From assembly GCA_947459875.1 (NCBI GenBank), contig CANHFG010000002.1, positions 1,527 to 65,526 of the forward strand: DNA of 64,000 nucleotides. Direction: 5' to 3'. The stretch comes from Ignavibacteria bacterium (lineage in GTDB: Bacteria; Bacteroidota; Ignavibacteria; Kapaibacteriales; Kapaibacteriaceae). A program made the position numbers and the translations under genes. The first letter of the stretch is position 1; every line of letters starts with the position of its first letter. Positions 55,426 to 64,000 of this stretch are shown piece by piece. The notes under the pieces were generated by a model. It ran no database searches. It saw nothing but the letters and a program-made list of their open reading frames with translations, and was not told the origin of the DNA.

Positions 55426-56333
55426 TGCAGACATCGACATCATCCATGCCCCTTCCCAAGCGTCTGATCGGCTTCTTTGCCGTCACCATTGCGCTGACGG
55501 CCGCCGTGGCCGTTCTTGGTATCATCCTCGGCATGGTCGGCTCATTTGTGTCCAACGGTGGCGGTGGGGTGACGTGGACATTCCTGAGTGAGTTTCCGAG
55601 GAACAACAACACCGAAGGAGGCATCTGGCCGGCACTGGCAGGGACAACACTTCTGGTGCTCCTTATGACCATTCTGGGCGTGCCCGTCGGCACGGCCACG
55701 GCGATCTATCTCACGGAGTTTGCCAAGCAGGATTCGTGGTTCGCGCGCTCTGTTCGCTTTGCCGTCAATACCCTTGCCGGCGTCCCATCGATCGTGTTCG
55801 GCCTCTTCGGCGTAGGCTTCTTCATTCAGTTCATGGGGAACGGTATCGATGGCTGGCTGGGAACATCATCCTTTGGCGACGGGTCACTGCTGTGGTCAGC
55901 GGCCACACTTGCCGTGCTCACCCTCCCAGTGGTGATCGTTGCCGTCGAGGAAGCCCTGCGCGCCGTGCCACGTGACCTGCGGGAGGCATCCCTTGCGCTC
56001 GGCGCCACGCGCTGGCAGACCATCGTCAAGGTTGTCGTTCCAAATGCCGTGACCGGTATCCTCACCGGATCGATCCTCGCCGTTGGACGCGGCGCCGGAG
56101 AAGTTGCGGCGATCCTGTTCGTAGGCGTTACGTACAGCTCTGAGTCCATCCCCTCGGCGGTGACCGAGAAGTTCATGCACCTCGGGTATCACCTGTTTGT
56201 CCTCTCGACGCAGTCTCCCGACGTAGATCTGACGCTGCCGCTGCAGTATGCAACCACACTGGTACTGCTCGGACTGACCTTCCTGCTGAATCTGACGGCC
56301 ATTCTCATTCGCTCTCGACTGCGGAAGCGTTAA
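55422..56333 (+). CDS. pstA: Phosphate ABC transporter permease PstA
   Basis: 303 aa with ..[13 protein letters not shown]... ATGA overlap with pstC. Confidence 0.92.
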   Translation: MMQTSTSSMPLPKRLIGFFAVTIALTAAVAVLGIILGMVGSFVSNGGGGVTWTFLSEFPRNNNTEGGIWPALAGTTLLVLLMTILGVPVGTATAIYLTEFAKQDSWFARSVRFAVNTLAGVPSIVFGLFGVGFFIQFMGNGIDGWLGTSSFGDGSLLWSAATLAVLTLPVVIVAVEEALRAVPRDLREASLALGATRWQTIVKVVVPNAVTGILTGSILAVGRGAGEVAAILFVGVTYSSESIPSAVTEKFMHLGYHLFVLSTQSPDVDLTLPLQYATTLVLLGLTFLLNLTAILIRSRLRKR

Positions 56334-56346
56334 GGAGCCCACTCTC

Positions 56347-57114
56347 ATGGCAAAAGACATCCCACTCAAGATCGAAACCCACGACTTCAGCTTCTATTAC
56401 GGGGCGAAGCAGGCCTTGCACAACATCACCATCGGCATTCCAGAGCGACGTGTGACGGCCTTCATCGGACCATCAGGCTGCGGAAAGTCCACCTTTCTGC
56501 GCTCGATCAACCGGATGAATGATCTCATCGACGGCACACGTACAGATGGGCACATGGTGGTCGATGGCATCGATGTGTACTCGAAAGAGGTAGACGTTGT
56601 GACGCTCCGCCGGCGTATCGGAATGGTCTTCCAGAAGTCGATCCCGTTCCCCAAGTCCATCTATGAGAACATTACCTACGGGCTGACGCTCAACGACAGC
56701 GTCTCAAAATCTGATCTCGATTCGATCGTCGAATCGTGCCTCCGCAAAGCAGCACTGTGGGACGAGGTCAAAGACCGGCTTAACAACTCTGCTCTCGGAC
56801 TCTCGGGTGGTCAGCAACAGCGCCTCTGCATTGCGCGTGCCGTGGCGATCAACCCCGACATTCTGCTGATGGATGAACCGTGTTCGGCGCTCGACCCGAT
56901 ATCGACCGGAAAGGTCGAAGAGCTGATCACGGAACTGAAGGATACGTACACGATCGTGCTTGTGACGCATAACATGCAGCAGGCTGCCCGTGTATCAGAC
57001 AACACGGGATTCTTCCTTATGGGATCGCTCATCGAGTTCGATCGAACGCGGACGATCTTCACGAGCCCTTCAAAGAAGGAAACCGAAGATTACATCACGG
57101 GTCGATTTGGATAA
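56347..57114 (+). CDS. pstB: Phosphate ABC transporter ATP-binding protein
   Basis: Walker [10 protein letters not shown], signature LSGGQQQRL and Walker B LLMDEP. Confidence 0.95.
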   Translation: MAKDIPLKIETHDFSFYYGAKQALHNITIGIPERRVTAFIGPSGCGKSTFLRSINRMNDLIDGTRTDGHMVVDGIDVYSKEVDVVTLRRRIGMVFQKSIPFPKSIYENITYGLTLNDSVSKSDLDSIVESCLRKAALWDEVKDRLNNSALGLSGGQQQRLCIARAVAINPDILLMDEPCSALDPISTGKVEELITELKDTYTIVLVTHNMQQAARVSDNTGFFLMGSLIEFDRTRTIFTSPSKKETEDYITGRFG

Positions 57115-57119
57115 GCCCC

Positions 57120-57827
57120 ATGAACAGAACATTTGAAGAAGATCTCGACAAACTCCGTACCCGCCTGATCCGTATGGGCTCACTGGTAGAAGAGCAGGTC
57201 GAGTTTGCCCTGCGCTCACTGCGCGAGGGAAATCAGGAACTGGCGCGTATCGTTGTCGAGCGTGATGATAAGGTCGACAAGCTCGACCTGAAGATCGACA
57301 AACAGTGTCAGCGCATCTTCGCCCTGAACCAGCCGGTGGCCACGGACCTTCGACTGCTATTGGCAGCGATCAAGATCAACAATGAACTTGAGCGGATCGG
57401 CGACATGGCGACCAACGTTGCCTCGATCGTCATTGAATCGCCCGACGCTGTTAAGCTTGCCAACCAGATCGACCTGCATCGCATTGCCAATGCCGCCTAC
57501 ACCATGCTGAAGTCGAGCCTCGACGCCTTCATCAACAACGATCCCGAACTGGCGGCACACATTCTTCCGTCGGACTCCAATGTCGACCACCTCTATGATG
57601 TCATCCGCGCCGAACTGATCGATATCATGAAGGAAGACAGCTCGCTCGTTCCCGATGGCGCGACCGTTCTTGTGGGATTGTACAATCTTGAGCGGATGGC
57701 CGACCACGCCACCAACATCGCCGAGAACGTGATCTTTCTCTCCGAGGCCAAGCTGGTGCGCCACCGCGCCGTGAACGAAGACGGCGTTGACGTGATCAAG
57801 GCCATTCACGAGCGCGATTCGGACTAG
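57120..57827 (+). CDS. phoU: Phosphate signalling complex protein PhoU
   Basis: 235 aa with duplicated PhoU repeats containing E(R)IGD (NELERIGDMATN / NLERMADHATN). Confidence 0.92.
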   Translation: MNRTFEEDLDKLRTRLIRMGSLVEEQVEFALRSLREGNQELARIVVERDDKVDKLDLKIDKQCQRIFALNQPVATDLRLLLAAIKINNELERIGDMATNVASIVIESPDAVKLANQIDLHRIANAAYTMLKSSLDAFINNDPELAAHILPSDSNVDHLYDVIRAELIDIMKEDSSLVPDGATVLVGLYNLERMADHATNIAENVIFLSEAKLVRHRAVNEDGVDVIKAIHERDSD

Positions 57828-57895
57828 CCCCCTACCCCTTCGACAGGCCGGTGCGCGCGTACGGACGTACGCACCTCGAGCCGTAACTTCGCCGC

Positions 57896-58762
57896 ATGGC
57901 AACCCGTGGAATCATCCTCGCCGGAGGCAGCGGCTCACGTCTGTATCCCCTGACCGCTGCGTTCTCCAAGCAACTGCAGCCGGTATACGACAAGCCGATG
58001 ATCTTCTATCCGCTGTCCACCCTCATGATGGCGGGTGTTCGCGACATTCTGATCATCTCTACGCCGCAGGATACGCCCACGTTTGAGCGTCTGCTGGGCG
58101 ATGGCTCGCGCTATGGCATCGCGCTGCAGTATGCGGTGCAGGATGCTCCCAGGGGGCTGGCAGATGCCTTCCGCGTTGGACGCGAGTTTGTTGGCCGCGA
58201 TAATGTGTCGCTCATTCTGGGCGACAATATCTTCTACGGCAAGCTCGACTTCTACCGTCGAGCGATCGCCAACAACACGGGTGCCACGGTCTTCGGTTAT
58301 CCTGTCACCGATCCGGAACGCTACGGCGTAGTCGAGATGGGTCCGGGCGGCAAGGTCATCTCCATCGAAGAGAAGCCCACTGCACCGAAATCGAATCTGG
58401 CCATTCCGGGACTATACGTCTACAACAACGATGTCGTTGAGATCGCGGCTGATCTTCAGCCGGGTAAGCGCGGTGAGCTGGAGATCACCGACGTGCACCG
58501 CATCTATCTCGAGCGTGGTCAGCTGAACGTTGAAATGATCGGACGGGGCGTGGCATGGCTTGATACGGGAACGCCTGAAAGTCTGATCGAGGCAAGCACC
58601 TTCATCCATGCCATTGAGAAACGTCAGGGTCTCAAGATCGGATGTCCGGAAGAGGTTGCCCTGCAGCAGGGCTTTCTCACGCCCGATGAGTATCGTGCCA
58701 GCATTGCCCTGCTACCGAATTGCAGCTACCGCACCTACTGCGAGTCACTTCTGAAGTCATGA
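57896..58762 (+). CDS. rfbA: Glucose-1-phosphate thymidylyltransferase
   Basis: N-terminus GIILAGGSGSRLYPLT, then ..YGVVE.. and ..GRG.AWLDTGT... Confidence 0.93.
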   Translation: MATRGIILAGGSGSRLYPLTAAFSKQLQPVYDKPMIFYPLSTLMMAGVRDILIISTPQDTPTFERLLGDGSRYGIALQYAVQDAPRGLADAFRVGREFVGRDNVSLILGDNIFYGKLDFYRRAIANNTGATVFGYPVTDPERYGVVEMGPGGKVISIEEKPTAPKSNLAIPGLYVYNNDVVEIAADLQPGKRGELEITDVHRIYLERGQLNVEMIGRGVAWLDTGTPESLIEASTFIHAIEKRQGLKIGCPEEVALQQGFLTPDEYRASIALLPNCSYRTYCESLLKS

Positions 58763-60090
58763 CACCAGCAACACGTTTTCAGCGGCTCACAACAGCCGTA
58801 CAGAGTTCGTTCGCTGAGTTCGTGCAGCGTACAACCTCCACCGGGATCACGATCCTGCTGATCACGGCAGTGGCCCTCGTCTGGACCAATTCGCCGTGGC
58901 ATGCTTCCTACGAGGCCTTCCTGCACCAGCCCGTGAAGTTCGTTCTCGGCCCCCTGAACCTTTCCTTCTCGCTCGCGCACTTCGTCAACGACGGCCTCAT
59001 GGTGCTGTTCTTCCTGGTGGTCGGGCTTGAGATCAAGCGCGAAATGCTGGTGGGCGAACTCTCCTCCAGACAGAAAGCACTGCTGCCGATGATCGCCGCC
59101 GTCTTCGGCATGGTGGGTCCGGCCGTTACCTATCTGCTCTTTAACGGAGGTACGGATGCCGCTCGCGGATGGGGTGTTCCGGTGGCCACCGATATTGCCT
59201 TTGCCCTTGGGGTTTTGGCCCTGCTTGGTGACCGCATCCCTTCGGGTCTGCGCGTCTTCCTTGCAGCACTGGCCATTGTTGATGACCTGTTGGCCGTAGT
59301 GGTTATCGCTGTGTTCTACACTGCTGCGCTCAACATTCCGATGCTGCTGCTAGCCGTTGCGATCGTCATCATCCTCTATGGCGGCAATCGTTTGGGCATT
59401 CACTCACTCTGGTTTTACGGGGTTCTGGGTTTTGTGCTGTGGCTGGTTGTCCTTGCCAGCGGCGTGCATGCGACCATTGCCGGAGTGGCCCTGGCCATGT
59501 GTATTCCGGCGCACTCACGTATCGATCGGATCTCGTTCTTTACGCGCTCGAGAGACCTCATCGAGCAGATCAGCAAGCGCACGGAGACCGATGAGGACGA
59601 AGGCAAGCAGCTTGATGCTGTCCACGCTCTCGAAGAAATGTGCGAGCATGTGCAGACGCCGCTTTACCGCATCGAGCATGGTTTAGGCACCATAGTCTCA
59701 TTTGGCATCATGCCGCTGTTTGCATTGGTCAATGCAGGTGTCGTGATCACACCGGCAATGATCGATGGGCTCACAAGCCCCGTGGCACTCGGCATCGCAC
59801 TTGGACTCTTTCTCGGCAAGCAGATCGGCATCACCGGTTCGGTATGGCTGTCGGTGCGCCTTGGCCTAACGCGTCTACCCTCGGGCGTTACGATGACACA
59901 GATGTACGGAGTCTCTCTGCTCTGCGGGATAGGTTTTACTATGGCGCTGTTTGTTGCGAACCTCGCATTTCTCAAGCCTGAGCATCTCGACATGGCCAAA
60001 CTCAGCGTCCTGGTCGGTTCTGCACTTTCGGCCGTGCTGGGAGCGATTGTGCTCCGTCGCAGTTCGGCAACTCTTTCAACGCCGCAATGA
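58759..60090 (+). CDS. nhaA: Na+/H+ antiporter NhaA
   Basis: ORF 58720..60090. The ATG at 58759 overlaps the rfbA TGA (ATGA). NhaA motifs: FFLVVGLEIKRE, ATDIAFALGVL and ALAIVDDL. Confidence 0.9.
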   Translation: MTPATRFQRLTTAVQSSFAEFVQRTTSTGITILLITAVALVWTNSPWHASYEAFLHQPVKFVLGPLNLSFSLAHFVNDGLMVLFFLVVGLEIKREMLVGELSSRQKALLPMIAAVFGMVGPAVTYLLFNGGTDAARGWGVPVATDIAFALGVLALLGDRIPSGLRVFLAALAIVDDLLAVVVIAVFYTAALNIPMLLLAVAIVIILYGGNRLGIHSLWFYGVLGFVLWLVVLASGVHATIAGVALAMCIPAHSRIDRISFFTRSRDLIEQISKRTETDEDEGKQLDAVHALEEMCEHVQTPLYRIEHGLGTIVSFGIMPLFALVNAGVVITPAMIDGLTSPVALGIALGLFLGKQIGITGSVWLSVRLGLTRLPSGVTMTQMYGVSLLCGIGFTMALFVANLAFLKPEHLDMAKLSVLVGSALSAVLGAIVLRRSSATLSTPQ

Positions 60091-60404
60091 TCACCTACCA
60101 GGTCGAAGTAACGGTCCCGCAGGACCTCGTCGAGCAATGGCTCGATTACATGACGTCTCATCACATCGACGATGTCGTCAATACGGGCTTGTTCGTTTCA
60201 TCAGAGCTCGTGCGTGTTGTCGACCCTTCTTCGGACGGGCACGTCGTGTTCAGAGTTCGCTACGGTTGTGAAAGCCACGACAAGCTCTCGCGCTATCGCT
60301 CGGAGTTTGCTCCGGCCTTGATGGCCGATCACACACGCATCTTTGGTGACCACGTCAGCGCCGTGCGTACCGTTACCGAACAGGTCTGGTCAACGCGCCG
60401 ATGA
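60087..60404 (+). CDS. DUF4286 family protein
   Basis: 105 aa. MITYQVEVTVPQDLVEQWLDYMTSHHI.. is typical of DUF4286. ATGA overlap with nhaA. Confidence 0.65.
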   Translation: MITYQVEVTVPQDLVEQWLDYMTSHHIDDVVNTGLFVSSELVRVVDPSSDGHVVFRVRYGCESHDKLSRYRSEFAPALMADHTRIFGDHVSAVRTVTEQVWSTRR

Positions 60405-60408
60405 ATCA

Positions 60409-61068
60409 ATGATCTCAGCCATCAGGGGGCTTGGCTCGGTCCGCTCACGCAAAATGATCGAGGCATCAACAGGAATGCTCCTGCTGGTTTTCTGCGTAGA
60501 GCACGTACTCGGCAACAGCATGCTACTGTTGAGCGACCCGGAGCCATACAGGTGGTACACGGAAACGATGGGTCGGGCGCTGCTCATCCGCATTGCCGAA
60601 GTTGTGCTCTTCGGACTCTTTGCGGTGCACATCAGTATGGGTCTTTACATGCGATGGCAGCACATGCGGTTCACGCGATCTCACCCTGAGAAGCGACCAA
60701 AGCAAACGCTCTCAACAAGACTGGTAGGCTGGACGGGTGCAGCTATTCTGATCTTTCTGGTCATTCACCTCGATCGGTTCTTTCTTCCGAATCGCTTCGC
60801 CGCTGAAGGCACACGTCCGGACCTGTATCTGCTGGCTCACGAGGCTTTTGCCTCACCATGGTACACGACATTCTACGTCGCATGCATGGTTGCTCTCGCC
60901 TCGCACCTTCACCACGGCATTCGCAGCGCATTCTTCTCGTTCAAGTTCATACCGCCCCATGCCGTGCCCCGCGTGAGGTCAGCCGTGGCGCGCGTCGGAC
61001 TTATAACGCCGCTGCTTCTTGGCTACATCGCGCTGCACATCTGCGTTGCGCAGCTTCTCGGCCGATAA
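60409..61068 (+). CDS. sdhC: Succinate dehydrogenase/fumarate reductase cytochrome b subunit-like protein (b558 type), no sdhA/sdhB adjacent
   Basis: ORF 60343..61068, with an ATG at 60409 just after the DUF4286 stop. Five TM segments carry His-bearing motifs CVEHVLGN, FAVHISMG, LVIHLDRF and ASHLHHGIRS. Confidence 0.7.
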   Translation: MISAIRGLGSVRSRKMIEASTGMLLLVFCVEHVLGNSMLLLSDPEPYRWYTETMGRALLIRIAEVVLFGLFAVHISMGLYMRWQHMRFTRSHPEKRPKQTLSTRLVGWTGAAILIFLVIHLDRFFLPNRFAAEGTRPDLYLLAHEAFASPWYTTFYVACMVALASHLHHGIRSAFFSFKFIPPHAVPRVRSAVARVGLITPLLLGYIALHICVAQLLGR

Positions 61069-61075
61069 GCCCCCT

Positions 61076-61453
61076 TCAGGACTCTGCTTCGACTGATTGA
61101 TGGTGATCGAGCCGGTACTCTTCCACGGGCGCACCACCAATGAGGTGCTCCTGAATGATGCGCTCCAGAACCTTGGGTGTACACGAGTGATACCACACGT
61201 TATCGGGGTGCACCACGGCTATTGGACCCTTCAAGCACACACGCAGGCAGTCAGCCTTGGTGCGATACACGCCCCCTTGCTCATCAAGGTCGAGCTCCTT
61301 GAGTCTACGCTTGAGGTACTCCCAGCTCTCGGCGCCTTTTTCGGGTGAGCAGCACTTCGGCTTGCCGGGCGTTGCACACAGGAAGATGTGCCGCGAATGC
61401 GTGCCAAGCGCACGTTCAGCGGCCTTCTTGGCGAGATGTTGCTTCGTCGTCAT
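61076..61453 (-). CDS. Thioredoxin-like (2Fe-2S) ferredoxin domain protein
   Basis: 125 aa with [14 protein letters not shown], ..[15 protein letters not shown].. and WYH. Confidence 0.7.
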   Translation of the reverse strand: MTTKQHLAKKAAERALGTHSRHIFLCATPGKPKCCSPEKGAESWEYLKRRLKELDLDEQGGVYRTKADCLRVCLKGPIAVVHPDNVWYHSCTPKVLERIIQEHLIGGAPVEEYRLDHHQSVEAES

Positions 61454-62490
61454 GTCGAGGCCTTTGCCAGTATGAGCGACTCCTCGGCAATAAGCCGCAG
61501 GATGGTCAGATGCAGACGATGAAGAATGGAAGGGGCTTCCACCTGCTGTGATGCGCGGATATGAAACGTAACGGTGATGGTGATGCCCTGCGGAGCAACA
61601 GCGCTCAGGGCAACATTCATGGGAGCATCGCTCATCACGTCCTGCGACTGGGCCAGATGCTCACGGAGCCTGGCTACAAATCGCTCGATCGTGTCAAGGG
61701 GCGAATCAGCATCAAGCACGATCGAGGTCGACATCGGATGCTTGCGCTTGACGCCGACGTTGTCGATCACAGCGTCAGCGAGCTTGCCATTCGATAATGT
61801 CAGAAGGCTGCCAGTGGGGGTGACGATGCGCGTGCTGCGGAATCCGATCTCCTTGACCACGCCTTCGGCGCCCGGCGTGGATATCCAGTCGCCAACAACA
61901 AACGGTCGGTCCGTAATGATGACCAGCGATCCGAAAACGTTCTTTACGGTGTCCTGCGAGGCAAGAGCCAGCGCCGCACCGCCGATCGAAAGACCGGTGA
62001 TGATCGCCGCAACGTTCACGCCCACAAATCCGAGCACGGTCATGATACCGATCACAGCCACAACGACCTTGAGCGTTGACGCCACCAGCGGGGCAAGCGT
62101 TTCGGCGATCTCATGTCCATCCTGACGCGACCGCATGACGTAGAGCACGCCGCGGGTGCACACAAGATCCACCATCCGGTAGAGAGCAATGGCCAGGAAC
62201 GAAATGCTCAGCGCATCGAAGATCATCGCCAGGCGCTGAGTTGCAAGATCCGACAGCTCGATAGCGGGAACAATCAAGCTGACAGTTTCTGAGACGATGA
62301 CAAGAGCCGCGCTGCGCGCGACGGAAACGATAAGCCCCTTGTCCGGTTCCGAACCATTGAAGCGGCGTACGAGTCGCTTGAGTATGCTGCTCAGGATCTG
62401 ACGCAGTGCCCATGCAACGACGAGGCTCGCAGCGAGCATCGTCACGATCATGATCCACTGCTTGGTCGTCAGCGCCATCGCCTCATCCAT
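61450..62490 (-). CDS. Small-conductance mechanosensitive channel (MscS family)
   Basis: 346 aa. Three TM segments are followed by ..[18 protein letters not shown]....[11 protein letters not shown].. Its ATG overlaps the thrS stop. Confidence 0.88.
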   Translation of the reverse strand: MDEAMALTTKQWIMIVTMLAASLVVAWALRQILSSILKRLVRRFNGSEPDKGLIVSVARSAALVIVSETVSLIVPAIELSDLATQRLAMIFDALSISFLAIALYRMVDLVCTRGVLYVMRSRQDGHEIAETLAPLVASTLKVVVAVIGIMTVLGFVGVNVAAIITGLSIGGAALALASQDTVKNVFGSLVIITDRPFVVGDWISTPGAEGVVKEIGFRSTRIVTPTGSLLTLSNGKLADAVIDNVGVKRKHPMSTSIVLDADSPLDTIERFVARLREHLAQSQDVMSDAPMNVALSAVAPQGITITVTFHIRASQQVEAPSILHRLHLTILRLIAEESLILAKAST

Positions 62491-64000
62491 CAGGGTTGGT
62501 TCAACCTGGTGAACAGCGCCTTGACCTCGGAGATCTTCATCTGCCCCTTATCACCCTCGCCATGTATGCGCACGGCTGCGGCATCGTTCTCGATCTCCTT
62601 TGATCCGATGACAAGCGCGTATGGGATCTTCTTCTGCTCGCTCTCGGCCACCTTGCGGTTGATCTTCTCATTGCGCAGGTCACAGTGCACGCGCAGACCC
62701 ATGGCCTCGAACTCTGCAGTAAGGTCGCTGGCAAAGGAATGGTGCGCATCGGCGATCGGCAGAATACTCACCTGCGTCGGTGCGATCCAGAACGGGAAGT
62801 TACCGGCGTAATGTTCGATGAGAATAGAGATGAAACGCTCCATCGATCCGAAGGGGGCTCGATGGATGATCACCGGACGGTGCTTTGTGTTGTCAGCACC
62901 AACATACTCCAGGTTGAATCTGTCGGGCATGACGTAGTCGACCTGCACGGTACCGAGCTGCCACTTACGGCCGATGGCATCACGCACGATGAAGTCGATC
63001 TTCGGACCATAGAACGCCGCTTCGCCTTCGCCAATGAAGTACTCAAGGCCCATCTCGTCGGCCACTTCCTTGATCTCACGCTGTGCGCGTTCCCAGTACT
63101 CGAGGTCGCCGCCATACTTCGCCGCATTGTCATCACGGAACGACAGACGCGTCGACACGTCCATGCCGAATGTGCGGAACACATGCTGCGTGAGCTCGAC
63201 GACGTTCTTGATCTCGTCCTTCAGCTGGTCGTGCGTGCAGTAGATGTGGGCATCGTCCTGTGTAAACCCGCGTACGCGAGAGAGTCCGTTCAGCTCGCCC
63301 GACTGTTCGTAGCGATAGACCGTTCCGAACTCCGAGAATCGCAGTGGTAGATCTCGGTATGAACGGGGCTTATTGGCATAGATCTGATGGTGATGCGGAC
63401 AGTTCATCGGCTTGAGCAGGTACTGCTCGTCTTCCACCGTGATTGGGTCGTACTGCGAGTCCGCGTAATACGGGTAGTGTCCGCTGGTCTTGTAGAGCTC
63501 GAGATTGCCGATATGCGGCGTGATCACTTCCTGGTAGCCGCGGCGCACCTGCTCATCACGCAGGAAGGCCTCGAGGCGACGTCGAAGCGTGGTACCGTTT
63601 GGTAGCCAAACCGGCAAGCCCCCTCCCACCATCGGAGTGATCATATACAGTTCGAGTTCCTTACCGAGCTTGCGGTGATCGCGGCGTTCGGCTTCCTCGC
63701 GCTGGGTGATGTATTCATCCAGCTGGGCTTTCTTCGGGAAAGCAATGCCGTAGATACGCGTCAGCTGCTTGCGCTTCTCGTCGCCCCGCCAGTAGGCACC
63801 GGCAACACTGAGAAGCTTTGGATACTTGATGTGTCCGGTCGACGGCACATGTGTGCCGCGGCAGAGATCCGTGAATTCTCCCTGCTGATAGAACGTGATC
63901 TCAGAGTCCTTCAGACCCTCCAGCAGCTCGATCTTGTACTGATCACCCTTTGCGGTGAAGTATGCAACGGCATCGTCCCATGTCTTCTCGATGCGCTGAT
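62490..64000 (-). CDS. thrS: Threonine--tRNA ligase, C-terminal ~503 codons (ORF continues past right edge)
   Basis: The track ORF 62490..63848 starts at an internal Met. The frame stays open to 64000 (..FYQQGEFTDLCRGTHVPSTGHIKYPKLL..). Class II motifs are present: ..RGFTQDDAHIY.. and ..GSMERFI... Confidence 0.92.
   Translation of the reverse strand, partial: QRIEKTWDDAVAYFTAKGDQYKIELLEGLKDSEITFYQQGEFTDLCRGTHVPSTGHIKYPKLLSVAGAYWRGDEKRKQLTRIYGIAFPKKAQLDEYITQREEAERRDHRKLGKELELYMITPMVGGGLPVWLPNGTTLRRRLEAFLRDEQVRRGYQEVITPHIGNLELYKTSGHYPYYADSQYDPITVEDEQYLLKPMNCPHHHQIYANKPRSYRDLPLRFSEFGTVYRYEQSGELNGLSRVRGFTQDDAHIYCTHDQLKDEIKNVVELTQHVFRTFGMDVSTRLSFRDDNAAKYGGDLEYWERAQREIKEVADEMGLEYFIGEGEAAFYGPKIDFIVRDAIGRKWQLGTVQVDYVMPDRFNLEYVGADNTKHRPVIIHRAPFGSMERFISILIEHYAGNFPFWIAPTQVSILPIADAHHSFASDLTAEFEAMGLRVHCDLRNEKINRKVAESEQKKIPYALVIGSKEIENDAAAVRIHGEGDKGQMKISEVKALFTRLNQP

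Overview
GC-rich (about 57% by spot hand counts) chromosomal segment. It probably comes from a T9SS-bearing FCB-group bacterium (Bacteroidota / Ignavibacteriota / Chlorobiota-like). This placement is an inference from at least five proteins with Por/T9SS C-terminal sorting domains, a CarboxypepD_reg-type TonB-dependent receptor, a Bacteroidetes-type SdhC and a bacilliredoxin.

I call about 60 protein genes and 3 tRNAs (Lys-CTT, Val-GAC, Met/Ile2-CAT). Most are housekeeping:
- Energy and central metabolism: H+-pyrophosphatase, mitochondrial-type citrate synthase, gcvT, pfkA.
- Cofactor and nucleotide metabolism: nadC, nadK, adenine deaminase.
- Information processing: rpoN, rlmI, thrS (partial).
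- Transport and stress: copA, msrA, nhaA, mscS.
- Envelope: rfbA.
- A complete porin-pstSCAB-phoU phosphate operon.

I found no rRNA, CRISPR array, intact mobile element, or recognisable defence or toxin-antitoxin system.

The features least explained by ordinary annotation are:
1. A family of short (7-8 nt) G-tract tandem-repeat arrays at three intergenic loci. One is a 15-unit heptamer array that fills the spacer between an ECF sigma gene and its anti-sigma gene.
2. Two paralogous ECF sigma / anti-sigma modules linked to T9SS cargo. Each anti-sigma ends in a domain that looks like a beta-barrel.
3. A helically phased array of TGTTAC direct repeats (candidate Pho boxes) in front of the phosphate operon.
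4. An IS200-like HUH protein whose catalytic Tyr codon is Phe.
5. A deletion remnant of crcB.
6. A 335-bp island of about 35% GC.

All product calls rest on motif and family recall from the translated ORFs. No database search was possible.
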